NCBI GenBank assembly: GCA_964566925.1
Contig: CAZMIZ010000005.1
Coordinates: forward strand, 184 to 64,183
Source of the DNA: an uncultured Gammaproteobacteria bacterium
GTDB taxonomy: Bacteria > Patescibacteriota > Microgenomatia > PFEM01 > DATLAM01
Direction of reading: 5' to 3'
Length of the DNA stretch: 64,000 nt
Shown here piece after piece: positions 19,270 to 28,697 of this stretch. Both the position numbers and the translations under genes were made by a program. The number at the start of each line of letters is the position of its first letter. Positions within the stretch are counted from its first letter, which is position 1. The notes under the pieces were generated by a model. The model did not search any database. It was not told the origin of the DNA and saw nothing but the letters and a program-made list of their open reading frames with translations.

Positions 19270-19395
19270 TTATATATCCAGGTAATGTTAACATGAGAAA
19301 ATAAGACTAGCAAAGATATGCAAAGGTCTTAAAGTGTTTACATTAAGCCTGCCCTGGGACTAGTCAGCCGAGTCAGGCAGGAATAGGGAAAGTCC

Positions 19396-22300
19396 GTGCC
19401 CGCCAAACTTAATAAGAAAGAAAGATTAAGACTCATTGAACGAGTAATCATTAAGGGCGAACCAGTTACTAAGGTTTGTCAAGAAGCTAAAATTTCTCGA
19501 ACTCTTTTTTATCGTTGGCTGAAACGCTACTCGGCTGAAGGAAAAGTTACTTCTAGAGCTCCAGGGAGGCCTATTAAAAAAACTCCTCCTAAAATCAAGA
19601 AAAAGATAACTCCATTTAAAAAACTTTCTCCTCAAAAAAAGCTAGAAATGGTGGAGCAGGTGGTCAAATACCATCAACCGGTTAGTAAGGTTTGTCTCGA
19701 TTTTCGTCTCTCCAGACCCAGCCTCTATAAATGGCTTAAACGCTATCATTTGGCCCAGAAAGATAAAAAACTTGAGGCCATGGAGGATAAGAAACCGCAA
19801 ATAAGTCGTTATTCCCGCCAAACTCCAGCAATGTATGAAAAAGTTGTTCTAGATGCGGTGGCTCAACACCCTCAACTTGGAGTTAAAAGAATTCTTGAAG
19901 TTTTACCAAGAATTGCCGATAAACCCATCATCGGCTATCATGGGGTACAAAACATCCTTCGTCGGCATGATTTAAACACCTTTCAAAAGCGATTAGATTA
20001 TGCTCAAACTCAAATCACGCCGGTAACTAGGCTTATCTCATTTTTTGAAGAACTTGGCGCTCGCTTCATTGTTTTGCCAGCTGAGACTCGAACTAAGACA
20101 ATTAGATTTGCGGCGATAGCTCTTTTGACTACTTTTTCGACCATTTTTGTTTTAGGGGTTCTAGGCCATTTTGCCATCATTGTCGGTGCCGCTCCAATTC
20201 CGTCCCGAATTGGGCTTTTTCTGGCGACAAGCGCCCTTTTAATTGGTTCTTTCTTTTTTGCTTATTCGATTAAATATTACTTGACCTTAGCGGTGGTTCT
20301 TTCTTTTTCCCGCCAAGCAGGAGAGGAGGGAATGGGAATTGGTTTGAAAACTGAAATTAAAAAGACTAGCCGCGATTTGCCAGCTAGCGGCTGGCTTCAA
20401 AAAATATTTGGGCTAGGGAATGGAGAAGAAAGGCAGGAAACGATTCAAGCTGGAGGTCTTCAGCCTTCTTTGGATCATATCAAGCTGAAGCGGTATCCCT
20501 TTGTTTCGATTCATCTGCCCTTCTTTAATGAAAAGAAGGTGGCGGAGAGGATTCTTAAAGCCTGTACGGCCATGGATTATCCCAGAGAGAGTTACGAAAT
20601 TATTGTTTGTGATGATTCCAATGATGAGACTATTAATATTGTGCAAAGGTACGTAAAGAAGCACAACCAAACTCACCCCAAAGGGCCGAAGATTAAGGTT
20701 CTTCATCGGCCCACCAGAGAGGGTTTTAAAGGTGGCGCCCTTTCTTATGCTTTGAAGAGCATGGATAAAAAGACGGAGTTCTGTGTGGTCTTTGATGCTG
20801 ACTTTATCCCTTACCCAGACACTCTGGAACTGTTTGTCAAGTATTTCAAGGTGAACAATGGTCAGTCTGAGAACTACACCAGGGGCAAGATTGCCGTGGT
20901 GGGAGGTTATCAATGGCATGTTTTAAACAAATCAGAGAACTGGATCACCCGAGGAGTGAGAACGGAGTATGCTGGGAGCTACGTCATTGAAAGGCCTGGC
21001 AGAGAGATCTTGGGATTGCTAAAACAGATCTCTGGCTCAGTCTATATGATTAGAAGTGATGTCATCAAAAAGGTAGGCTGGGGTACGAGTATTACTGAAG
21101 ACTTCCAGTTAACCCTCAAGCTCTATGAGCAGGGCTACAAGGTGATCTACACCCCCTATGTTCAAGCCCCAGCCGAATGTGTTTCTACCCTGAAAAGGCT
21201 TATTAGACAACGGATGAGATGGGCCGAGGGACACAGCAACAATATTAGGAGGATGTTTTTACGGTTAATGTTGGGAAGGGAAAAGAGAGATGGTCAAGGA
21301 CGGAAAACTGGTTGGATTCCCAGCCCTTTAACTTTAGGAGAGAAACTAGAGCTTCTTTATTTAACTCCTTATTATCTTCAGGCTTTTTTCTTTTTGGCGG
21401 GGACCCTCTCCTGGCTTTTAGCCGAAGCTGTTTTTAGGGTTAAGTTGCCTTTTTGGACCTCTCTTTGGGGGTGGTCTTTGGTTTTAACCAACTTCTTTTG
21501 TTTACCTCTGGTCAATGCGGTTGGTTTGTTCTTAGAAGAGAGCGAGGAAAGAGATTACTTAGGTATCTTTTCGTTTACCATTCTTTCTTACGTTTTAGTT
21601 CCTTTCCAGGCCTATGCCTCAGTTAAAGGTTTTCTAGAGAAGGAAGAAGGACCCTGGTTTCGGACGCCTAAAACGGGAAGAATTACCGATATCTTTACCC
21701 GAGGGAGATTTTATAGATGGATTGCCGGGATCTTGCCGGGGAGAGGAGCTGTCCCTGCCTATGCTGAGGCAACAACGGAGAAACATCTCTCTAACTCTTA
21801 TCTAGCCTTAGCAACCGCTAACCATCGCTTTAACTCTTTTGAGATTAGGCCCAAGAGAAACCGCTTTTGGGGTAAGTTGGCCCTTTTTTTGGTGGTAGCC
21901 ATCAATTCCCTTCTTTCTTTTTTTGGTAACCAGATTCCTCAGGGAGCAATCACCAATCTGCCTATCCAAGCGAGAGTGGAAGTGATTAGTTCCCAGCCTA
22001 GCCTACCAATCAATCAGGCTACTCTTTCCCAAATCCTTAGCCTGTTTAAACCAAGACAAGCCTTGGCGGCTACCTCTGGTCTTAAGGAGGCTCTTTTAGC
22101 TGGTGAGCCGGTTTCCTTGGAGAACTTCAAAGGCTTGGTTCTTTTCTCAACCCTTTTAAGCTTAAGTTTTTTGATTTATTTGGCCAGAAAGAAAAGAACC
22201 TTTGTCAAAAAACTTTTGCGGCCGATTTTTGTTTTTGTTTTGGTTGCCTCCTGGCTTCTAACCAGTTTTCCGGCTATTTGGTTTAACCCCCGTTTCCCTC

Positions 22301-24828
22301 CGAAAATTAAAGAAGTTGAAGCGACTGATTATGACGATGTAGTTTTAGCCACCAATGGGGGGCCTGATTACAGAATCCAATTTAACGGCAATATTACTGA
22401 AGAAATTAAGAGTCAAGGAACTTCAGGGGCCCCGGATAGTTACGTGACCAACATTATTCCCAACGATGATGGACAATGCGCAGATTATGCCGCTTCGGCA
22501 GAAACGGTTATTACTAATGCGAGCGATGTTAACAGTAGTACCACCACCAGAAAAACAGTTTCTTTTTGGGTGGAAATTGACACCTTTGGAACAGGTACAG
22601 GCTCTAATGCCAGAAACATCTGGGAAGAGGGAGGGGCAACAAATTGGTTCGGCGCCTACACGGCCAACAATGATGAACTTTATATCATTATCGGTGAGAG
22701 TGGTGCCAATAAAGGGTATTGTTATACTGACGGATTGTCAACCGGAACACTTTATCATGTGGTGATGCAATGGCAGGGGTCTGATGACGCGATGGAATTA
22801 TGGATCAACGGCTCTTTAGTTGATTCTACTACCGCCTCAATAGGTTCAGAGTTAAGTTCGCATACCGGAGACTGGGAAATTGGCGGCAATGCTGAGTCTT
22901 TCGACCACACCGACACTGACATCGGCCTACTATTTGACGGAAAAATAGCTGACTACTCTTACTGGGCGGAGGCAGCCGATTTTTTAACGGAAGCGGAAAT
23001 CGTGGCTATTTATGAAGCCGGGGCAGTGGTTGCCCCCTCCGCCCCGACTCTTTATAACGATGACGGCGGCTCCAATCAAATCGCTTTTAATAATATTAGG
23101 GAGAATGATACTTCCCCCATTATCCGGGCTTCAGCCACCCACGATACCACCTTTAATACTTTTTTCGTCGAATTTAACACTGCCTCAGATTTCAGCGGGA
23201 CGGCTTACACCGAAACCTTCTCTGGGACTTACTCATCAGGGACTGCCTACAATCTCCAAACCACTGGTTCTTTAAATTTGCCCTCAAACGACGGAGTGAC
23301 TTATTACGTTCGTGTTAAGGCTTCGGATGATGGGGGGACTGATTATGGTGATTGGTCAACGACTTTGGCCTGCTGTGGCACCTGGACTTATACGTATACT
23401 AGTTCAGCTGGAGATTCTGAGTGGCTTCAAACAACCGATGAGCAGTTCGACACAGGGACGATGGTATCGACGCAAACAAGCGGTTCTGATTCGGTGGAAA
23501 TAGTGGGAAGCGAGACGACTATTTATCTTACTTCTGGTACGACTTGGAATGTGCCAGCTGACTGGAATTCGTCTAATAATACTATTCGCGCAATCGGAGC
23601 AGGTGGAGACGGGGGTTTGTCTACTGCGAGTTCTAATTCTGGTGGCGGTGGGGGTGGTGGTGAATATCGGGCGGCAACCAACGTCACTCTGACACCTAGT
23701 TCAACGGTGGACATTAATATTCCCTCTGGTGGAGATGGCAGCTCTGCTGATGGTGCCTGGATCGAAAACAATAGCGATACTATTGTAGTTGAAGCTAAGA
23801 ATGGTGGTAATGCTTCAGGTACCACCGCTGGTAGTGGCGGAACAGGCGGAACCGGAACAGCCGCAAATTATGATGGCGGTGCTGGAGGTGCAGGTGCTTC
23901 TAATTCAACAGCGTCAGGCGGTGGGGGTGGCGGCTCGGCAGGACCGAGCGGAGCAGGTAAAGCAGGCGGCGATGGTGTTGGTTCTACTAACTATGGTGCT
24001 GGAGGAGGTGGCGGCAGTAATGGTGGATCTTCAACTGTCGGTGAAACACCAACCGGCCCTGACGGCGGGGATGGAGGTGTAGGTACTGGCGGCACTGGTG
24101 GAGGCGCTGGTGGAGTTGAACATACAAGTGGCGGCTCTAATGGAACTGATGGCGGCGGCGGTGGCGGCGGCGCTGATACTCAGTCAAGTACTCCTTCCCC
24201 AGGTGGTAATGGTGCTTGCGACACTGCTTGGGACTCAACTCATGGAGCCTGCGGCGGTGGTGGTGGCGGCGGTGGCGCCAGTGGAACTGCTGGCACTGCT
24301 GATAGAGACGGAGGAACAGGCGGAACTTATGGAGGCGGCGGTGGCGGCTGCGGCATATCAGGTTCCTTAGATACCGGAGAATGCGATGGCACTGGAGTAG
24401 GTGGTCAGGGGATTATCGTAATCACCTATACTCCTGATGCTTCAAGCGGCACGATTATGTCGCCGGAAATTGACTATGACTGGTTTGATGGGGCTTCAGC
24501 CTGGAATGATGTTTACTGGAGCGAGGATGAAACCCATGGAACGATTATGGTTCAGGTTTATTACAATGATTGCGGCACGATTATTCCTGATGAAGATTTA
24601 AGCGGCAATTCCAGTGGATTTACCACTGGTCCGATTGACATCTCCGGTCTTTCTACTTCGACTTATAATGAAATTTGCTTCAAAGCCACTTTAGCCGATT
24701 CCGGGGGGAGTCCCTATCTCGAAGATTGGGGGGTGAGTGTCCCAGAAAGCTTATGGCTGTTTTTTGGCTTGGGCCCTTTTTTACCATTTGTGTCCAGGTT
24801 AAAAAGAAAGAGAAGAAAAAAGTTGTGA
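19396..24828 (+). CDS. Second giant paralog: two transposase-like HTH repeats, a processive GT2, a multi-TM region, LamG/ConA-like plus Gly-rich ectodomains, and a VPES-TM-KRKRRKK tail
   Basis: 1810 aa with a GTG start. HTH repeats are ..ISRTLFYRWLKRY and ..LSRPSLYKWLKRY. The GT2 core is identical to paralog 1 over 755 bp. The LamG-like region is TVSFWVEID...MELWINGSLVDS. The Gly-rich region ends in GQGIIVITY, and the tail is SVPESLWLFFGLGPFLPFVSRLKRKRRKKL. Confidence 0.75.
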   Translation: MPAKLNKKERLRLIERVIIKGEPVTKVCQEAKISRTLFYRWLKRYSAEGKVTSRAPGRPIKKTPPKIKKKITPFKKLSPQKKLEMVEQVVKYHQPVSKVCLDFRLSRPSLYKWLKRYHLAQKDKKLEAMEDKKPQISRYSRQTPAMYEKVVLDAVAQHPQLGVKRILEVLPRIADKPIIGYHGVQNILRRHDLNTFQKRLDYAQTQITPVTRLISFFEELGARFIVLPAETRTKTIRFAAIALLTTFSTIFVLGVLGHFAIIVGAAPIPSRIGLFLATSALLIGSFFFAYSIKYYLTLAVVLSFSRQAGEEGMGIGLKTEIKKTSRDLPASGWLQKIFGLGNGEERQETIQAGGLQPSLDHIKLKRYPFVSIHLPFFNEKKVAERILKACTAMDYPRESYEIIVCDDSNDETINIVQRYVKKHNQTHPKGPKIKVLHRPTREGFKGGALSYALKSMDKKTEFCVVFDADFIPYPDTLELFVKYFKVNNGQSENYTRGKIAVVGGYQWHVLNKSENWITRGVRTEYAGSYVIERPGREILGLLKQISGSVYMIRSDVIKKVGWGTSITEDFQLTLKLYEQGYKVIYTPYVQAPAECVSTLKRLIRQRMRWAEGHSNNIRRMFLRLMLGREKRDGQGRKTGWIPSPLTLGEKLELLYLTPYYLQAFFFLAGTLSWLLAEAVFRVKLPFWTSLWGWSLVLTNFFCLPLVNAVGLFLEESEERDYLGIFSFTILSYVLVPFQAYASVKGFLEKEEGPWFRTPKTGRITDIFTRGRFYRWIAGILPGRGAVPAYAEATTEKHLSNSYLALATANHRFNSFEIRPKRNRFWGKLALFLVVAINSLLSFFGNQIPQGAITNLPIQARVEVISSQPSLPINQATLSQILSLFKPRQALAATSGLKEALLAGEPVSLENFKGLVLFSTLLSLSFLIYLARKKRTFVKKLLRPIFVFVLVASWLLTSFPAIWFNPRFPPKIKEVEATDYDDVVLATNGGPDYRIQFNGNITEEIKSQGTSGAPDSYVTNIIPNDDGQCADYAASAETVITNASDVNSSTTTRKTVSFWVEIDTFGTGTGSNARNIWEEGGATNWFGAYTANNDELYIIIGESGANKGYCYTDGLSTGTLYHVVMQWQGSDDAMELWINGSLVDSTTASIGSELSSHTGDWEIGGNAESFDHTDTDIGLLFDGKIADYSYWAEAADFLTEAEIVAIYEAGAVVAPSAPTLYNDDGGSNQIAFNNIRENDTSPIIRASATHDTTFNTFFVEFNTASDFSGTAYTETFSGTYSSGTAYNLQTTGSLNLPSNDGVTYYVRVKASDDGGTDYGDWSTTLACCGTWTYTYTSSAGDSEWLQTTDEQFDTGTMVSTQTSGSDSVEIVGSETTIYLTSGTTWNVPADWNSSNNTIRAIGAGGDGGLSTASSNSGGGGGGGEYRAATNVTLTPSSTVDINIPSGGDGSSADGAWIENNSDTIVVEAKNGGNASGTTAGSGGTGGTGTAANYDGGAGGAGASNSTASGGGGGGSAGPSGAGKAGGDGVGSTNYGAGGGGGSNGGSSTVGETPTGPDGGDGGVGTGGTGGGAGGVEHTSGGSNGTDGGGGGGGADTQSSTPSPGGNGACDTAWDSTHGACGGGGGGGGASGTAGTADRDGGTGGTYGGGGGGCGISGSLDTGECDGTGVGGQGIIVITYTPDASSGTIMSPEIDYDWFDGASAWNDVYWSEDETHGTIMVQVYYNDCGTIIPDEDLSGNSSGFTTGPIDISGLSTSTYNEICFKATLADSGGSPYLEDWGVSVPESLWLFFGLGPFLPFVSRLKRKRRKKL
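20509..21263 (+). repeat. Partner of the 755-bp identical block at 12317-13071
   Basis: See 12317-13071. Confidence 0.8.
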
Positions 24829-24843
24829 TATTATAGGAGGGCA

Positions 24844-26166
24844 ATGGCTATTAAAAAATCTTTTAATTATCCAGAGAAAGAGGAAACTCTGGCTATTAAG
24901 CAGGAAGAAAGAATTCGCCGGTTTTATCATCTTCGCCGGCGATTAGCAAAATTTTCGCCTCGAGGTTGGGTGGTCGTCTTAGAATTTGTCGGTTTGATCG
25001 GCCTATTTTTCACCAGCCTTTGGCTGCTCCTTCCTTTTTTTGGCCGGCCAGATCAGATTAATGTTTTTTCAGCTCCAGTGGTTCCGCTTTTGGTTAGTTT
25101 AACCGAAAAATTAATTCCCTTTTCGTACGGAGTGAGAATTTGGTTGCTGGCTTTTCTGGCCCTTTTCCCTCTTTCCTTTTATTACTTCGTCCGAGAGATT
25201 TCCAGTCGAAAATTGATTGGTTTTATCTCGAGCTTTATTGTGATTCTTCCTTTTGGAGTTTTTCTGCCTATCAGAGTTAATCTTAGTCTTTTAGCCCAAG
25301 ATGGTGCTCATATGACCTCGCTGGCTTTTACCCCCTTAGTTTGTCTTCTTTTAGTTCGCTTCTTACGTCAAGGCGGTTTTTGGACAGGGGTTCTCTCTGC
25401 TTTTGGAACGACTTTGGTAGCCCTTACTTCTCCAATTGGCTTCGTGGTTCTCGCTCTTTTTATGGGGGTGGTCACTTTTTCGGAGATGCTTTTGGGTCAA
25501 GGGAGATTAAAGATCTTGAGATTTTTGGTGGTTCTGATTTTGGCGGTTGGTTTTTCCGCTTTTTGGTATAATCCCCAATTCGCTCTTTTGACCTTACAAT
25601 CTCCTCAGGGTCAACTTTTAAAAAAAACACTTTCTAATCTTCTGCCGGTTTCTTTTTTCCTCTTACCCATTTTAGGTGTTTTTGGCTTTTTACTTTTTGA
25701 GAATCGGCCCCAGCTTCAACCGATGTTTATTGCTTTTTTCTTAACTATTGGCTTTGGCCTTTTTTCTATTGGGGCTGGCGTGGCCCATCCTTCACCATCG
25801 CGTTTTTTACCAGCCTTTGGTATTTCCCTGGCTTTTTTGCTGGGGATTTTAGTCACCGCTTTTTATGATTTTCTCCGGGCTTCGCCTAAACTTAAAAAAT
25901 TTAAAATCCCCACTTTTAGGCGGCAGTTAGCCGCTTTTGGTTTAATCTTCTTAGTTTTTACCTCTATTTTTATCATGATCACCGCTTTTAGCCAAAATCT
26001 CTGGGGGCTTGAAGAGTCTCGGGTTTTAGGCCTAACCGCGGAGCAAAAAGTGGGCGTTTGGGACATTAAAGAGAAAACTGGTTTAGTAGAAAGCGTTTTT
26101 GGCTACTTGATTACCAGTTTGACGGCCGCAGGCGTCATTATTTTAAAGTCAAGACTGGGAATTTAA
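24844..26166 (+). CDS. Polytopic membrane protein (~12 TM), possibly a GT-C-type glycosyltransferase or polymerase
   Basis: 440 aa and highly hydrophobic. First gene of the glycan locus. Confidence 0.45.
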   Translation: MAIKKSFNYPEKEETLAIKQEERIRRFYHLRRRLAKFSPRGWVVVLEFVGLIGLFFTSLWLLLPFFGRPDQINVFSAPVVPLLVSLTEKLIPFSYGVRIWLLAFLALFPLSFYYFVREISSRKLIGFISSFIVILPFGVFLPIRVNLSLLAQDGAHMTSLAFTPLVCLLLVRFLRQGGFWTGVLSAFGTTLVALTSPIGFVVLALFMGVVTFSEMLLGQGRLKILRFLVVLILAVGFSAFWYNPQFALLTLQSPQGQLLKKTLSNLLPVSFFLLPILGVFGFLLFENRPQLQPMFIAFFLTIGFGLFSIGAGVAHPSPSRFLPAFGISLAFLLGILVTAFYDFLRASPKLKKFKIPTFRRQLAAFGLIFLVFTSIFIMITAFSQNLWGLEESRVLGLTAEQKVGVWDIKEKTGLVESVFGYLITSLTAAGVIILKSRLGI

Positions 26167-27407
26167 TGACCAAAAAGAAACCCAGAATTGCCATCTTTCA
26201 CTGTGGTTTTACTTATTCTGGCGGGGGAGAGCGGATTGTTTTAGAACAGGCAAAGGGTTTGAAAAAAAGAGGTTATCAGGTCGTTGTTTACGCACCCACT
26301 GTTAACCCAGAAATCTCTTACTCGGATTTTTTGGAAGAGCTAGAGGTCAAAGCTTTCCTCCCTAATTTTACTGGGAAGTTTCCCTATCGCGACGCCTTAA
26401 GAATGGCCTTATCTAGCCTTTTAGCGCCGTTTCTGGTCTTTAAATTCAAAGATATCGATCTCTTTATGGGCGCCAACCAACCCGGGGCCTGGTTGGCTTA
26501 TTGGATGGCTAAAGTCTTAGGCAAGCCCTATTTAGTTTACCTCAATCAGCCTAATCGATTGGTTTATCCTCGGAAAATCGATAAACAGACTGGTTGGCCA
26601 ACCAAGAAAGACTATTATCTTCTTGCTAGCCTGATTAAGAAACTCAAACCCTTCGTTGTTTGGGCCGACAAGATTTCTTTTATTTCTGGTAAAGCAATGC
26701 TGGTTAATGGCGACTATATCAGTCGATCAATTAAAAAAATCTATCAGAAGCCAGTTATTTTGTGTCCTGGAGGAGCCCATCCTCAAACCTGGTCAAAACT
26801 AAAACTTAATCCCGAAAGCGCTTTTAAAGGAGGTTTTAAAATTAAAGGTAGTCAAATAACCAAGCCTTACGCTTTAATCACCAACCGTCATGAGCCTCAA
26901 AAGAAGTTTGATTATGTGATTAAGGCAATGAAACAGGTAAACCAAAAAGCTCCTCAGGCCTCTTTGGTCATCCCTGGCCCGTTTACTTCCCACACCACCA
27001 AACTAATTAATCTATCAAAACGTTTAAAACTAGATAGAAAGGTCTTATTTTTAGGTCAAATTTCTGAAGATGATTTGCAAAAATTATATTGGCAAGCGGC
27101 GGTTTATTGTTATCCTTCTCCCGACGAAGATTTCGGTTTAGGGCCTTTGGAGGCGGGGGCCTGGGGAGTGCCGACGGTGGCCTGGAATCACGGTGGGCCG
27201 ACGGTCACCATAATTCATGGAAAAACCGGCTATTTAGCTAAACCTTACCAAGTTGAGGATTATGCCCGGGGGATGATGTTCCTTCTCTCTGATGCTAAAA
27301 AGCGAGCCAAAATGGGAAAGGCTGCCTGGGAACGGGTCAAGAATGACTTTTCTTGGGATAAACACGTTGATATCTTGGAAGAAGAGGTTCTTAGAGCCCT
27401 TGGTTAG
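26166..27407 (+). CDS. Glycosyltransferase family 4 (GT-B)
   Basis: 413 aa. Has an N-terminal ..GGGERIV motif and a C-terminal EDFGLGPLEAGAWGVPTVAWNHGGP (E-x7-E) motif. Confidence 0.75.
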   Translation: MTKKKPRIAIFHCGFTYSGGGERIVLEQAKGLKKRGYQVVVYAPTVNPEISYSDFLEELEVKAFLPNFTGKFPYRDALRMALSSLLAPFLVFKFKDIDLFMGANQPGAWLAYWMAKVLGKPYLVYLNQPNRLVYPRKIDKQTGWPTKKDYYLLASLIKKLKPFVVWADKISFISGKAMLVNGDYISRSIKKIYQKPVILCPGGAHPQTWSKLKLNPESAFKGGFKIKGSQITKPYALITNRHEPQKKFDYVIKAMKQVNQKAPQASLVIPGPFTSHTTKLINLSKRLKLDRKVLFLGQISEDDLQKLYWQAAVYCYPSPDEDFGLGPLEAGAWGVPTVAWNHGGPTVTIIHGKTGYLAKPYQVEDYARGMMFLLSDAKKRAKMGKAAWERVKNDFSWDKHVDILEEEVLRALG

Positions 27408-27874
27408 TGGAGGGAACCTAGGAACGTTTTGAATAAACTGCCGGGTAGACTAGTTTGAAGTTCTATTTCCATCCTTTGTCTCCACGATGGCGGGCCTGGC
27501 CTGACGGCAAACCAATAAACCCTAAGTGATCTCTCGCCTTGTTTTCCTTTTTTTATCTCCATGAGTTCTACCTTATCCTCTTCTCTATTTTCTAGTTTTT
27601 GGAGAACTTCATATCTCAGGAATTGGTCCACGTGGCCGTAGTGCGTACGAGCCTGACCTCTTTGGGTTTCAATATAAGCAAACGGAGCATCGGTGAGAGG
27701 CATATACCAACAGAGCATTGTGAGGGGAGTCTTACCAGACCGTACCCTATCAACTTTATCCAAGAGGGCTTGTTGGATTTCTCCCCAAGTTACTTCTATT
27801 TTACCTTGTTTAGCTTCTTTTGACATCTTTGGTAGGCAGGAAAGCATTCTAACAAAAGGACGTCGTAATTTCAA
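27404..27874 (-). CDS. Hypothetical protein
   Basis: 156-aa ORF on the opposite strand between GT genes. No motifs recognised. Confidence 0.3.
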   Translation of the reverse strand: MKLRRPFVRMLSCLPKMSKEAKQGKIEVTWGEIQQALLDKVDRVRSGKTPLTMLCWYMPLTDAPFAYIETQRGQARTHYGHVDQFLRYEVLQKLENREEDKVELMEIKKGKQGERSLRVYWFAVRPGPPSWRQRMEIELQTSLPGSLFKTFLGSLH

Positions 27875-27899
27875 GAGACTTTGTGCTAAAATTAAAAAG

Positions 27900-28676
27900 A
27901 TGGGTAAGCTGAAAATTTGTGTTTCTGATCGCTGTTTTTTCCCAAAATCGGCTTTAATGAGCTCAAAATCAGTAGTCGATTTAGCCCAAAGCTTAGGCTA
28001 TGAACAGGTAGAGTTTCACCCTACTTGGCGGGTTTGGTGGGAAGTTTTTACCAGGGGAAAGCTGAGTTGTTTGGCCAGAGACGTTTGCTCCTTTCATATC
28101 AACTGGCGGGAGGATAGAAGAAAGGCGGGTTATGGTTTTATCCGGGCAAATTTCTTAGTTAAACATAGCTGGCTTTTTGCCTTTGAGTCAATGGGGATTT
28201 GGGCTTTACAGAAGTTGGAAAAGAAATACAAAAAGCCGGTGGTCGTTCATTGGCCAGAAGATTTTGATCGTTATCGTACGCCTTTGCTGGAACTTCATTG
28301 TTCTTTAGGGATGACCCGCGTCCAGATAGAGAAGGCGCTGAAGAAAAAAGAAATTGGAGGGGTTTTGATTGACACCGATAAATTTACTGGCTGGCTGGAG
28401 GCTGAAGACGAAAGAGATAATCAGGCTTTGCGAAGACTTTTTCCTTTTATTAAAGAGGTTCATTTTCGTTTTGGCCATCAGGAGAATATTGGCCTACGTT
28501 TCATCAAGGGAAGGACTAAGTCAGCCAAAGTGATGAAGAAGCTAGTAGAGATGGGCTATCGAGGGAGAGTGGTGGTGGAAATGGGCTGGCCAGACCCCGG
28601 GTCAATTAAAGTTTTACGCCAGGAGGGCTTGATAAAGGTTCATCAAAGAATTATCCAGTTTCTAAAAAATCTTTAA
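27900..28676 (+). CDS. Hypothetical protein, possibly a TIM-barrel (xylose-isomerase-like) fold
   Basis: The ORF-track ORF 27693-28676 was trimmed to the first ATG (MGKLKICV...) that avoids overlap with the minus-strand gene. No firm motifs. Confidence 0.35.
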   Translation: MGKLKICVSDRCFFPKSALMSSKSVVDLAQSLGYEQVEFHPTWRVWWEVFTRGKLSCLARDVCSFHINWREDRRKAGYGFIRANFLVKHSWLFAFESMGIWALQKLEKKYKKPVVVHWPEDFDRYRTPLLELHCSLGMTRVQIEKALKKKEIGGVLIDTDKFTGWLEAEDERDNQALRRLFPFIKEVHFRFGHQENIGLRFIKGRTKSAKVMKKLVEMGYRGRVVVEMGWPDPGSIKVLRQEGLIKVHQRIIQFLKNL

Positions 28677-28697
28677 ACTCATTAATTCTGGAAGCTT

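Noticed and set aside
23012-24370. Several 60-100-aa ORFs on both strands inside giant gene 2
   Set aside because: Same artefact as above, caused by low-complexity Gly-rich coding sequence.
27693-27899. 5' extension of ORF 27693-28676
   Set aside because: It overlaps the minus-strand ORF 27404-27874 almost completely. It was trimmed to the internal ATG at 27900. Which of the two overlapping ORFs is real remains uncertain.
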